From: an uncultured Planctomycetaceae bacterium
GTDB lineage: Bacteria > Planctomycetota > Planctomycetia > Pirellulales > Thermoguttaceae
Reading direction: 5' to 3'
DNA: 64,000 bases
NCBI GenBank assembly: GCA_964475955.1
Contig: CAYYZY010000019.1
Location: forward strand, 22-64,021
Shown: piece after piece, positions 53,585-62,680 of the stretch
Layout of the letters: every line of letters starts with the position of its first letter
How positions within the stretch are numbered: the stretch's first letter is position 1
Position numbers and translations under genes: made by a program
Notes under the pieces: model-generated
Databases searched by the model: none
Seen by the model: the letters and a program-made list of their open reading frames with translations, nothing else
What the model was told of the DNA's origin: nothing

Positions 53585-53770
53585 CTAGGAATCCCTGCAA
53601 CCTGGCGGTCTTCGAGCCGCCTCCGCCGCGCGCACTCTGTACTCGTACTTCGCAACGCGGACGATCTCCACGGCATCACCAGGCTTCAGGCCGTGTGAAC
53701 GGAAGAAATCCTTCACCGCGCGGTGAGAAGTGCGAAACGTCTTGTGGCGGCCGGATATGTCCGTCGCCAA
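53585..53770 (-). CDS. Hypothetical small protein, possibly AbrB/SpoVT-like
   Basis: 61-aa ORF ending 2 nt before the antitoxin start. HRAVKDFFRSHGLKPGDAVEIVRVAKYEYRV loosely resembles the AbrB/MazE swapped-hairpin motif. Weak. Confidence 0.25.
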   Translation of the reverse strand: MATDISGRHKTFRTSHRAVKDFFRSHGLKPGDAVEIVRVAKYEYRVRAAEAARRPPGCRDS

Positions 53771-53993
53771 CGATACTCCGCGCTGCCATAACTAGACCCT
53801 TTCCAGCCGACCCCCGCGGAATCGCCGTCCAAAAGAGGACAGGCTCCTCACGCGGGCACTTCCCCCCGCGTGCGGTCGTTTGGTACTCGGAGGCAGTCCC
53901 CTTCTTGACTCGGCTTACAGTCTGAGGTTCGGTCCTCGGGACATAACGTCGCGGCGAGCTCGGCCGGCAGGTTCTCGTCCAGCTTGATCCGCA

Positions 53994-54230
53994 TCAGATA
54001 CTCGGCAGCCCGGCATAAGGCATGTCGTCCACCGCAGCCGCCGCCGCGAATGCGATGGCAGCCCGCACGTGCTCGGCCGAAAGGGTCGGAAAGCCCCGCA
54101 GGACGTCTTCCTCCGAGTCCCCATCCGCCAGACTGGCCAAGACCGTGCGCAGCGGGACGCGTGTCCCTCGAAACACGGGATCACCGCCACAGATTCGGCG
54201 GTCGCGAACAATCAGTTCGGTTGGTTCCAT
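53994..54230 (-). CDS. DUF433-domain protein (orphan antitoxin-like)
   Basis: ATG 54230: MEPTELIVRDRRICGGDPVFRGTRVPLRTVLASLADGDSEEDVLRGFPTLSAEHVRAAIAFA. Confidence 0.75.
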   Translation of the reverse strand: MEPTELIVRDRRICGGDPVFRGTRVPLRTVLASLADGDSEEDVLRGFPTLSAEHVRAAIAFAAAAAVDDMPYAGLPSI

Positions 54231-54360
54231 CGGATTCCTACCGTTCAAAACACACGGAAGCCGAGTTCGCTCCACGCTCGGGCGGGATGGTCGCCATTGG
54301 ACTCTCGACCTTGCAGGAGAATCACGGATTCGGTGGTGTTCAGAGGAGCCAACCCGAGTG

Positions 54361-54732
54361 TTATCCGAAGATGGGCAGCCTCCGAACGCGGACTCGGTAC
54401 GGTTCGAGCACGACGACAGCCCCTGCCCCCAGTTGCTCGCCAACCTCAGGTAAGTTCGCCACCAACAGACGCGCCTGCTCTTCCGGGCGCCGCGGGGTAC
54501 TGCCACGAAAGAGGACGACCGAAGGCTTCGTTTCCTTCCGCAACGCCAGCAAGGTGCCGAAATCGGTGTCGGCCGATACGACCGCCCGGCCCTCAGAGGC
54601 ACACCATGCGAATACCTCTGCGTCTTCGGCCGCCTGGAGGCCGACATCGCGAACGTGCACGGCGTCGTAGCCGGCTTCGCGAAGGCGCTCGGCGACCAAG
54701 GGAGACAGGGCGTTATCGACCAGGAACTTCAT
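54361..54732 (-). CDS. DUF5615-family PIN-like (Mut7-C-like) putative toxin
   Basis: [43 protein letters not shown]...[13 protein letters not shown]. Confidence 0.75.
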   Translation of the reverse strand: MKFLVDNALSPLVAERLREAGYDAVHVRDVGLQAAEDAEVFAWCASEGRAVVSADTDFGTLLALRKETKPSVVLFRGSTPRRPEEQARLLVANLPEVGEQLGAGAVVVLEPYRVRVRRLPIFG

Positions 54733-54734
54733 GG

Positions 54735-54956
54735 CTACGACACCAGCGGTAGCTCGCGTTCTCGCACCGCTTCTGCGGCAAACCGAAGCGCCTCCCGGAC
54801 GTCGTCCGCGTCAAGGTCAGGATACGCCTTGAGGATCTCGTCGCTGCTCATGCCGTCCGCAACCATCCCCACCACTGTGGCGACAGGGATGCGCAGACCT
54901 CGGATACAGGGGACCCCCCCCATTTGCTTCGAGTTGATCGTAATTCGTTCGAACAT
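54735..54956 (-). CDS. DUF433-domain protein (putative antitoxin of the DUF5615 partner)
   Basis: [52 protein letters not shown]. It ends 2 nt before the DUF5615 start. Confidence 0.8.
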   Translation of the reverse strand: MFERITINSKQMGGVPCIRGLRIPVATVVGMVADGMSSDEILKAYPDLDADDVREALRFAAEAVRERELPLVS

Positions 54957-54960
54957 GGTT

Positions 54961-55470
54961 TCATTCCGTCAACACCAGTTGCTTCGGCCGGGCTAATCTC
55001 GCGCGCCGGGACACACGCTGCTCATATGGCAGAACAGAACAAAGCGAGAACATGTCCATCATCCGCTCCCCGCCGTGCTCGGGATTGCCGATCAGCCTTT
55101 GGCCCACCGGATCGAGCACGAAGTCGAGCAACTCCAAGGGGACCTGGCCGATCAGCACCGGGCAGTCGTCCGGCACGGCGGCGACCTCGATGATGCAATC
55201 CCGCTCCTGGACGGTCAGCCGCGCGGCGTCGTAGATGCCGATCTCGACCGTCCCCGCGGTGGTCCGGGCACGGCGCCGCCTCAGCCCCAACTGCTCCACG
55301 AGCTTGCGCGGCACGGACAACAGGGTCGCTCCCGTGTCGACCAGCGCGTCGGGGACGTCGATCGTGCGCACGTCGCCTTCCGCACGTTCCCCCTTGCGCG
55401 CCTCGTCGAGATCGTAGAGATTCTCGATCCTCGCCGGAACGGTCACTCTGCCCATTCTGACGATCTCCAT
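54961..55470 (-). CDS. Retropepsin-like (clan AA) aspartic protease
   Basis: 169 aa with the active-site block ALVDTGATLLSVP and downstream VLIGQVPLELLDFVLDPVGQRL. It ends 4 nt before the DUF433 start. Confidence 0.7.
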   Translation of the reverse strand: MEIVRMGRVTVPARIENLYDLDEARKGERAEGDVRTIDVPDALVDTGATLLSVPRKLVEQLGLRRRRARTTAGTVEIGIYDAARLTVQERDCIIEVAAVPDDCPVLIGQVPLELLDFVLDPVGQRLIGNPEHGGERMMDMFSLCSVLPYEQRVSRRARLARPKQLVLTE

Positions 55471-55578
55471 GGTTTCAACCCCCGACGTTTCGGCCAGAAA
55501 CGAGCTCGGCCAGCAACCGACGAATCCTTCCTTCCCATTCTATCGCGTCGTCGAGCGCCGGTCCACGCAGGGCGGCAT

Positions 55579-57120
55579 TCACTCGACCGCCGCCCTGCGC
55601 GTGTGCCAATCCGTCGCCTCCTGGAACATGTGCGCCGCACGGAGCAGTCGCTCCTCTTCAAACGGGGGCGCCTGGAGGTGCAGCCCAATGGGAAGCCCCT
55701 CGGAGCTGAAGCCGCACGGGATCGAGATGCCGGCGATGCCCGCCAGGTTCGTGCTCACCGTGTAGAGGTCGAACAGGTACATGGAGAGGGGGTCGTCGAC
55801 CTTCTCGCCGATCCGGTAGGCGGGCGCCGGGGCGACGGGGCCGGCAACGAGGTCGACCTCCTCGAACGCCCGATCGAAGTCCCGCCGAATCAGCCGGCGG
55901 ACCTTCAGCGCCTTGAGATAGTAGGCGTCGTAGTAGCCCGCGCTCAGGGCGTAGGTGCCCAGCATGATGCGGCGCTTCACCTCGGGACCAAAGCCCTCAG
56001 CACGCGTGCGGCGGAACATGTGCACGACCAGGCTGTCGAGATCGTCCAGCGCGGCCTGGCCGCCGGCCTGCTGGAGCCGCTTGCGCTCGGCCTCCAGTTC
56101 GGCGATCATCTGTTTCTCGTCGGTCCGGTATCCGTAGTGAACGCCGTCGTAGCGGGCCAGGTTGCTGGAGGCTTCGCTGGGCGCGATGATGTAGTAGGTC
56201 GCCACGGCGTATCGGCTGTGCGGCATGGAGATCTCGCGCACCGTCGCGCCCCGCGACTCGTATACGCCGATCGCCTCGCGCACCGCGGCCTCGACCTCCG
56301 CGTCGAGCCCCTGGCCGAAATGCTCGCGGACCAGCCCGATCCGCAGCCCCGCGAGCGGCTCGCGCACGCTTCGCGCGTAATGGGGCACGGGGCGATCGAC
56401 CGAAGTGGAGTCGTTCGGGTCGTATCCGGCCAGGACTTCCAGCAGCAGGGCGGCGTCTTCGGCGGTGCGGCCCAGCGGACCGACCTGGTCGAGGCTGCTG
56501 GCGAACGCCACCAGCCCGTAGCGGCTCACCCGGCCGTACGTCGGCTTCATGCCGGTCACGCCGCACAGCCCGGCCGGCTGACGGATCGACCCCCCGGTGT
56601 CGCTCCCCACGGCCAACGGGGCCATCGACGCGGCCACGCACGCGGCCGAGCCCCCGCTGGAGCCGCCGGGGATGCGGTCGAGGCCCCATGGGTTGCGGGT
56701 CACCTGAAAGGCCGAGTTCTCCGTGGAACCGCCCATGGCGAACTCGTCCATGTTCGTCTTGCCGATCAGCACGGCGTCGGCCGAGTGCAGCGCCGCGACG
56801 ACCGTGGCGTCGTAGGGGGGGCGGAAGTTCTCCAGCATGCGCGAGGCGCAGGTGGTCGGTTCGCCGCGCGTGGTGAGCACGTCCTTGACGGCCACCGGCA
56901 GCCCGCCGAGCGTTCCCAGCGGCTGGCCGCGCTTGCGCTTCCGGTCGATGTGGTCCGCCCGGCGAAGCGCCTCGTCGGCCTCGACGCGCAGAAACGCGCC
57001 GACCCGTCCGTCGTGCGATTCGATCCGGTCCAGGAAGGCCCGGGTCACTTCGACCGAGGTCGTCTCGCCCGAGTCGAGCAGCGACAACAACTCCGTAGCG
57101 GTCCGATCCACCAGCGCCAT
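55579..57120 (-). CDS. gatA: Glu-tRNA(Gln) amidotransferase subunit A
   Basis: 513 aa with the amidase signature [12 protein letters not shown]. Also [18 protein letters not shown] and [13 protein letters not shown]. Confidence 0.95.
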   Translation of the reverse strand: MALVDRTATELLSLLDSGETTSVEVTRAFLDRIESHDGRVGAFLRVEADEALRRADHIDRKRKRGQPLGTLGGLPVAVKDVLTTRGEPTTCASRMLENFRPPYDATVVAALHSADAVLIGKTNMDEFAMGGSTENSAFQVTRNPWGLDRIPGGSSGGSAACVAASMAPLAVGSDTGGSIRQPAGLCGVTGMKPTYGRVSRYGLVAFASSLDQVGPLGRTAEDAALLLEVLAGYDPNDSTSVDRPVPHYARSVREPLAGLRIGLVREHFGQGLDAEVEAAVREAIGVYESRGATVREISMPHSRYAVATYYIIAPSEASSNLARYDGVHYGYRTDEKQMIAELEAERKRLQQAGGQAALDDLDSLVVHMFRRTRAEGFGPEVKRRIMLGTYALSAGYYDAYYLKALKVRRLIRRDFDRAFEEVDLVAGPVAPAPAYRIGEKVDDPLSMYLFDLYTVSTNLAGIAGISIPCGFSSEGLPIGLHLQAPPFEEERLLRAAHMFQEATDWHTRRAAVE

Positions 57121-57334
57121 AGGTCCACCTCAACCACTGCCAGGAGCTCTCGGCCCGGGGCCGTCAGCCAGGAAACGGTCCGACGCCCTTCGCACGTGAG
57201 CACGCCCCTCGGAACGCGCTCCCCGCGGCCGCGGCACGCCTCGGAGGGCGTTCTCCACAGTTCGTGTCGGCAGTCGCGCAGGCCCACCTGGAGGGCGCGA
57301 CCGTTCCCTGGGGTTGTACGCTGGAGCGAGCGGC

Positions 57335-57628
57335 TCACAGTTCGCCCAGCACGGCGGGCACCCGATAGCACTCGTCGTCGCGATTCGGCGCGTTGGCCAG
57401 GGCCCGATCGCGGTCGAGGCTGGGGCGGACGCGGTCGTCGCGGAACACGTCGGCCAGATCGAAGGCGTGGGCCATCGGCTCCACTCCCTCGGTGTCGACC
57501 TCGGCCAACAGGTCCATGTACTGGAGGATCGCGTCCAGTTGGGTCGTCATCTTGTCGAGTTCTTCCTCCGACAAGCGCAGGCGCCCCAACAGCGAGACCT
57601 TCTCGACTTCCTCGCGGGAGATGGCCAT
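57335..57628 (-). CDS. gatC: Asp/Glu-tRNA amidotransferase subunit C
   Basis: ATG 57628 within ORF 57335..58171: MAISREEVEKVSLLGRLRLSEEELDKMTTQLDAILQYMDLLAEVDTEGVEPM; 97 aa. Confidence 0.9.
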   Translation of the reverse strand: MAISREEVEKVSLLGRLRLSEEELDKMTTQLDAILQYMDLLAEVDTEGVEPMAHAFDLADVFRDDRVRPSLDRDRALANAPNRDDECYRVPAVLGEL

Positions 57629-57632
57629 GGGC

Positions 57633-57950
57633 CTACTTCTTCTTCGACTTCTTCTTACGCCGCGGCGTCTCGGCGGCCGTCGCGTCGGCCCCCGGGGGGA
57701 GATTGAACGGAGCGCTGCGGACCCGCTTGTTGACGGCGCCGCTGCGGATGCACTGCGCGCACACCCGCATCGTCTTGTGCGCACCGTCGGCGCTCGTGAC
57801 CCGCACTCGCTGAAGGTTGGGCCGGAACTTCCGCCGGGTGATCCCGGTGACCTTCGTTCCCACGCCGCCCAAGTACTTGGCCTTTCCGCGATGCGACACC
57901 GAGTTGCCCATCGCCACGCCCTTGCCACACACTTCACAAACACGAGCCAT
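57633..57950 (-). CDS. rpmB: 50S ribosomal protein L28
   Basis: MARVCEVCGKGVAMGNSVSHRGKAKYLGGVGTKVTGITRRKFRPNLQRVRV, with a Lys-rich C-terminal tail. Confidence 0.9.
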   Translation of the reverse strand: MARVCEVCGKGVAMGNSVSHRGKAKYLGGVGTKVTGITRRKFRPNLQRVRVTSADGAHKTMRVCAQCIRSGAVNKRVRSAPFNLPPGADATAAETPRRKKKSKKK

Positions 57951-58455
57951 CCCAAAACTCCCTCAGCGCGCACCTTTCGCAAAAGACGAAACTGCCAATA
58001 TATCGACACCCGCCCGGGGTACGCAAGGGCGCCGCCGCCCAGATGGCGGTCCGGCCGACCGCTTTTCGCGACGGCCGCCCCTTCGTGCCCGGCAAGATTG
58101 CGGGAGCGCAATCCCTGCAAGCGGGTCGCCTTTGCCCACCGGGTGCGAAGGGACGAAAAGGTGGAACGCACGACGCAACTCGTTTCCCCGATTGCTCTTC
58201 GCGCCTAAGGCGGTGGTGAGCGCGAGGGGGAACGGAAGGCGCGGCATCCGGAATGGCATCTTGCCAAGCCGCACGGGAGTATCCCCGCCTTTCATCGCCT
58301 GCATGACCCCAGAGAGGGGGTGTCGCTCCCGCCTCCGCGGCGTTTCTCGCGGCTTCGGTCAAATCGCCTTGAAACGCGGGTTGAAAGCTGGCAAGATAGG
58401 CTGGGTACACAAGAACCACGCCCTCCGTGTTGGGCCACGCTTGAGGAGCTTCGCG

Positions 58456-59178
58456 ATGAAGACTCGTCGTCAGGCTGCGTTGCTGCTGGTGATTTGCACC
58501 GCCCTGCCGGGCGTGATCGGGGCCGCCCAGCCCGAGCCAAGCCCCACGGCCGACCAGCGAGCGGGGACCCCCACCCGGGGCGAGGCCTTCGTTTCGATGC
58601 TGACGCGGCACTCGGGCGCCCCGATCCTGGCAGTCCGGTACCCATGGAAGCGGCACGCTCGGCCATCGGTCGAGGTCCGCGTGCTCCATTCGAGTGAGCT
58701 GGGCGCCCCGTTGATCCGGCCGATGTTCTTCGTGCACAGCCTGATGAAGGGCAACGTGACGACGGCCGTCTACCGCTGCCAGGACAAGTCGGAAAACGTG
58801 CCTCAGTCGGCTGTCTTCTCCAAGGGCGAGTTCGACTTCGAGGTGTTCGGCGCGAGGAATTCGCTGGGCCGGCCCTCGGTCTGCGTGACCGCGCGAACCG
58901 CGAACGACCGCCCACGCGCTCCCGCGAAACCCACCCAGTCCCAGGAGGCCGACGAGTTGAGCGTGGCCCTGCCCGAGTCGCGCTTGCCGGCCCGGCTGCC
59001 GGAGACCCGGGCGGCCTTCCCACTGCTCGACGCCTGGGCGGTCGACGACCACACACTCTACCTGGAGCTTCCGGCCAAGTACTTCGCCCAGCCGTGCAAG
59101 CTCCGCATCTGGCTTCTGCGCCGAAGCCAAATCGTCTGGACCGCCACCCTCGACTGGCCCGGTTACCCGGACGCGTAG
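58456..59178 (+). CDS. Hypothetical secreted protein
   Basis: ATG 58456 within ORF 57817..59178, giving MKTRRQAALLLVICTALPGVIGAA signal. No family recognised. Confidence 0.55.
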   Translation: MKTRRQAALLLVICTALPGVIGAAQPEPSPTADQRAGTPTRGEAFVSMLTRHSGAPILAVRYPWKRHARPSVEVRVLHSSELGAPLIRPMFFVHSLMKGNVTTAVYRCQDKSENVPQSAVFSKGEFDFEVFGARNSLGRPSVCVTARTANDRPRAPAKPTQSQEADELSVALPESRLPARLPETRAAFPLLDAWAVDDHTLYLELPAKYFAQPCKLRIWLLRRSQIVWTATLDWPGYPDA

Positions 59179-59235
59179 GAAGACTCAGCCCGTCACGGCG
59201 CTTGGGCCGCTATAGAACGCGGCAAAACCTTCCCC

Positions 59236-60395
59236 TCAGCCCCCACCCGCCGGCACGCCCTCCAGCGAAAGGACCTCGAACGGGGCCAGCTCGAACGTGT
59301 AGGGCTCGCCGGCCGAGAGCGTGATCGGCCCCTTGGCGACTTCGTCCTTCCACGGGCTTCGGAGCACGTAACGCGGCGCCGCGCCGACGGGCAGCTCGAA
59401 GGCGGCGGCCGGATCGAGCGTGATGCGGGCCGGCTCGTCGTTCGGATTGCGCAAGACGAGGATCGCCTTGCGCTTCGACCACGCGGTCCAGCCGTAGACC
59501 TCGTCCTTGGCCGGGTCGTCGCCGATCCAGTGGGTGTCGACGAACACGTCGGCGTTTCGCCGGGACCATCTGGCCGCCTCGGCCAGCGCGTCCCACGTGC
59601 GGGGCGTCATCAGCTCGGGGGCGACGTAAAGCTCCTGGAGGTTCGTGCCCGTCGCGAAGAAGGTGCGAATCTCGGCGACGATCTCGTCGGGCTTGTAGTT
59701 GGGCGCCTCGTTCTTCGGGTCGTAGGGGTTGCCGAACAGCGGCAGGCGGTTGACGAACACGCCGTGGATCATCAGCGAGTTGATCGGATAGAGGGGCGCT
59801 CGCTGGACGACGCCGTGATAGACCTCGCGGTCGCGGTAGGTGATCCAACGCTGGCGCTCTGAGCCCTTCCCGGCCAGGTTCGTGTCGGAGCCCTGGCGCC
59901 AAATCGAGTCGGCCCGGAGGAGCCAGAACGGCGAGGGCCAGGAGCCGGTCGACGGGTTGACGAACACTTCGGGCTCGAGCCGGCGAAGCTCGTCGATCAG
60001 CCGCAGCAGGGCCTCGACGTCGCTGCCGTACGGCCCGGGGCCCGGCTGGTTGTTGCCGGCGCCGAACCCGTCGAATTTGAAGTAGTTGACGCCGAACCGG
60101 CGGACCATCCCGGTACACGCCTCGCGAATCCGCGCGTAGTAGCGCGGCCCGGCCAGCGCGAGACCCCGGGGATTGGTCTCGAACCCCTGGGCGCGCCCCG
60201 AGTCGATCCGCGCCCGCTTTGCCGGGTAACCGCCGCAGGGCGAGAACCAGATGCCCAACCTCGCCCCGTGCGATTCGGCCGCGCGCCGGGCCGACGTGAA
60301 TCCACGCGGATAGGGGCTTTCCCAAAAGGGAGCACAAGCCACGCGAGGATCAGCATCGCAGCCGGTCGTGAGGCCGGGAAGCGCGTGACGTTCAT
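59236..60395 (-). pseudogene. Alpha-galactosidase-like (GH27/36-type motifs) glycoside hydrolase remnant; start/signal peptide in a different frame
   Basis: Frame 1 (ORF 59236..60648) has HGARLGIWFSPCGGYP, VNYFKFDGFG, and a C-terminal beta-domain, but no plausible start downstream of the neighbouring gene. ATG 60395 (AAGGAG upstream) encodes the signal-like MNVTRFPASRPAAMLILAWLVLPF in another frame. Confidence 0.4.
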
Positions 60396-60464
60396 CGGAG
60401 GTCTCCTTGTCTTGGGGGCAATCAAGATTGGCCGGACGACGACGAGCGTCACACACCGTGTCGC

Positions 60465-61877
60465 CTACCCGAGGAACGTGGCACCACGGTCTTCGAGCGC
60501 TTGGTGGACTGCTTTGCCGTCGAGCTGGCCGGGCGAGACGTTCCGCCTGGCCGCCATGGCCGCGGCCAGCCCGGCCGCTTGGCCCATGGCCATGCAGGTG
60601 CCGGTGACCCGGTACGACGCGTGGGCGACGTGCGTGCCGGAAATACATCGGCCCGCAAACAGCAGCCCGCCCAACTCCTGTGGGACCAGGCAGCGATAGG
60701 GTATTTCAAAGGGTTTGGCGTGGACGCGCTTGGAGTGGGGGTCGTCGGGGTAGATCTCGTGGATGTCGCAGCCGAAGGTGCAGGAGGCCACGGCGTCGTC
60801 GAAGCGGCGGCCGGCGGCCACGTCGTCGGCGTCGAGCGTGAACCGGCCTTCGAGGTGACGCGACTCGCGCACGCCGATCGAGGGGGCCGTCTGCGACAGG
60901 CGCACGTTCTCCATGCCCGGTACCTTGCGCATGGCCTTGAGGAAGATCTCGTGCACCTGCCGGCGCGCCGCGACGGTCGCCCGGGTGACGTCGCGCGTAT
61001 TGGTGGCGTCGTACTTGTAGACGTGCGTCGCCTGGATCGCCGCGACGCCCGGCGCCGGGATCTGGATCATCCACGGCGTGCCGCGGGGCTTCTCGCCGTA
61101 GGGCAGCCGGACGGGGAGCTTGTGCTCTTCGATGGCCCGGTTGAGGGCCTGGAGCATGTGTTGCGCGCCGAGTTGGTCGGCCGGACGGCCCTGGAAGCTC
61201 TCGACGTCGCACACTTCGAACATCAGGGTCATCGGCTGCGAGAGGCCGTCGACCTGGCGGCCGAGCTGAAACGGCACTCCGGCCCGCGCGGCGATGTCGC
61301 CGTCGCCGCTGCAGTCGACGACGACCTTGGCCAGCACGGCTTCGCGCCCCGATTTGCCCTCCACGACCACGCCGCGCACGCTCCCGTCGGCCACGATCGG
61401 GTCGGTCGCCTGGACCTGATACCAGAAATCGACGTTCGCCTCCTGCAATACGCGCTCGAGGACGTATTTCATCAACTCGGGGTCGAACACGGGCATCGCC
61501 CGGTCGGCCCAGGCGCCTGCCTCTCGCAGGCGGTCGAGGAGCTTCTCGACGAGTCAGCCCTTGCGCGAGTCGAACAGGGGGTTGAGCAGGCCGGCGGTCC
61601 ACATGCCGCCCAGCATGCCGTGCCGCTCGACGACCAGCGTTTTCGCGCCTTCGGTGGCCGCGGCCAGCGCGGCGCCGACGCCGGTCGGCCCGCCGCCGAC
61701 GAGCACCACGTCGACGTGGGCCGCGACGGGCGTCGTGCGCGGGGCCTCCTGGATGGCCGTCCGATCCGCCGCAACGTTCATCCCGGCCGGGCCCGCCGCG
61801 CCAGAAGCCGCCGCGGCCCCGAGGCAGCCCGCGCCGACGACGCCGGTCGATGTCTTGAAGAACTCCCTTCGATCCAT
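60465..61877 (-). pseudogene. FAD-dependent oxidoreductase (FAD_oxidored-type) with Tat-like signal, interrupted by a single in-frame TGA at 61554-61556
   Basis: ORF 61554..61877 (MDRREFFKTSTGVVGAG.., DVVLVGGGPTGVGAALAAA, GGMWTAG) and ORF 60465..61496 are in the same frame. The 57 nt between the TGA and ATG 61496 read LVEKLLDRLREAGAWADRA without further stops. Confidence 0.7.
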
Positions 61878-61944
61878 GTTGCCTACTCCTTATTGTCCCG
61901 CGCCGCGGCGAGTGCCTCTGCCGAGGACTCCTCACTCAACTGCC

Positions 61945-62178
61945 TCAGCCCTCGCGCGGCGTGATGGCGCACGCTTGGGGCTTTGCCCTGCCAGGACTCC
62001 GCCACGAGTCGACCTTTCCCTTCATCTCGTCGTCGCTGATTGTCCGCCCCGCATCGGAGTTTTGCAGCCCTCGCTGCACCATGCGTGCGAAGGCCAGCTC
62101 TCGGAGAATCTCGTCGTAGGAACTGTCGTCGGGCTGCCGAGCGATGATCTCGGCCATGGTGTCTTTGCCGGAAGCCAT
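61945..62178 (-). CDS. Small hypothetical protein (full-length paralog of 46416..46559)
   Basis: ATG 62178 or 62157: (MASGKDT)MAEIIARQPDDSSYDEILRELAFARMVQRGLQNSDAGRTISDDEMKGKVDSW. Confidence 0.45.
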   Translation of the reverse strand: MASGKDTMAEIIARQPDDSSYDEILRELAFARMVQRGLQNSDAGRTISDDEMKGKVDSWRSPGRAKPQACAITPREG

Positions 62179-62448
62179 GCAGTGCTCCGTTTCGCGGTTG
62201 GATGGATTCGCCGGGCCGACCCGATCCCGCACAGTCCCCGGCCTGCGGGCAATGATCGCCCATTACGAAACTGATGGTATCGCGATCCCCGACGACAGTC
62301 AATCCGGTGCCGCCGCTGCGGAACAACCCGCCAAGCGATGGCTCATCAACTACTGTCGCAATCGTCGCTTTTCGCTTTGCGAAACGACGCTTGCTCGCGG
62401 AGCGAACAACGACACTGGCTGCTCGGACGGTCTCAAAGCCCTTTCGCC

Positions 62449-62640
62449 ATGCCCGGCACGACGATCCAACTCGCTACAGGCCGCGCGATTGTTGAGGGCG
62501 GAACGCTCCAGGAGAATCGGGGGCGGACGGCCGAGATGATCCGTAGGGCCGGGTCGCAGGGCGCGCAAATCGCCGTGCTGGCCGAGTGCATCGGACCCGG
62601 CAACCGTCGAGGAGACATGCTGATGCGCGGCGGGGAACTC
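62449..62640 (+). pseudogene. Possible N-terminal remnant of a carbon-nitrogen hydrolase (nitrilase superfamily)
   Basis: MPGTTIQLATGRAIVEGGTLQENRGRTAEMIRRAGSQGAQIAVLAECIGPG resembles the first ~50 aa of C-N hydrolases (..GAdlvvfPE). The similarity then stops, and the frame runs into the convergent CDF gene. Confidence 0.3.
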
Positions 62641-62680
62641 GTACGACGATTCCACCGCTCGTTGTCGCCGGACGCTGCCG

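Noticed and set aside
61496-61556. Selenocysteine (SECIS) interpretation of the in-frame TGA
   Set aside because: Not adopted as the call. The two downstream hairpins have loops AAGCUC and GAGAG, without the apical G-U feature I would expect of bacterial SECIS elements. No sel genes are in the window. The context (KG-x-LVEKL) does not look like a redox Cys site. The neighbouring gene is also disrupted. It is kept only as an alternative to test.
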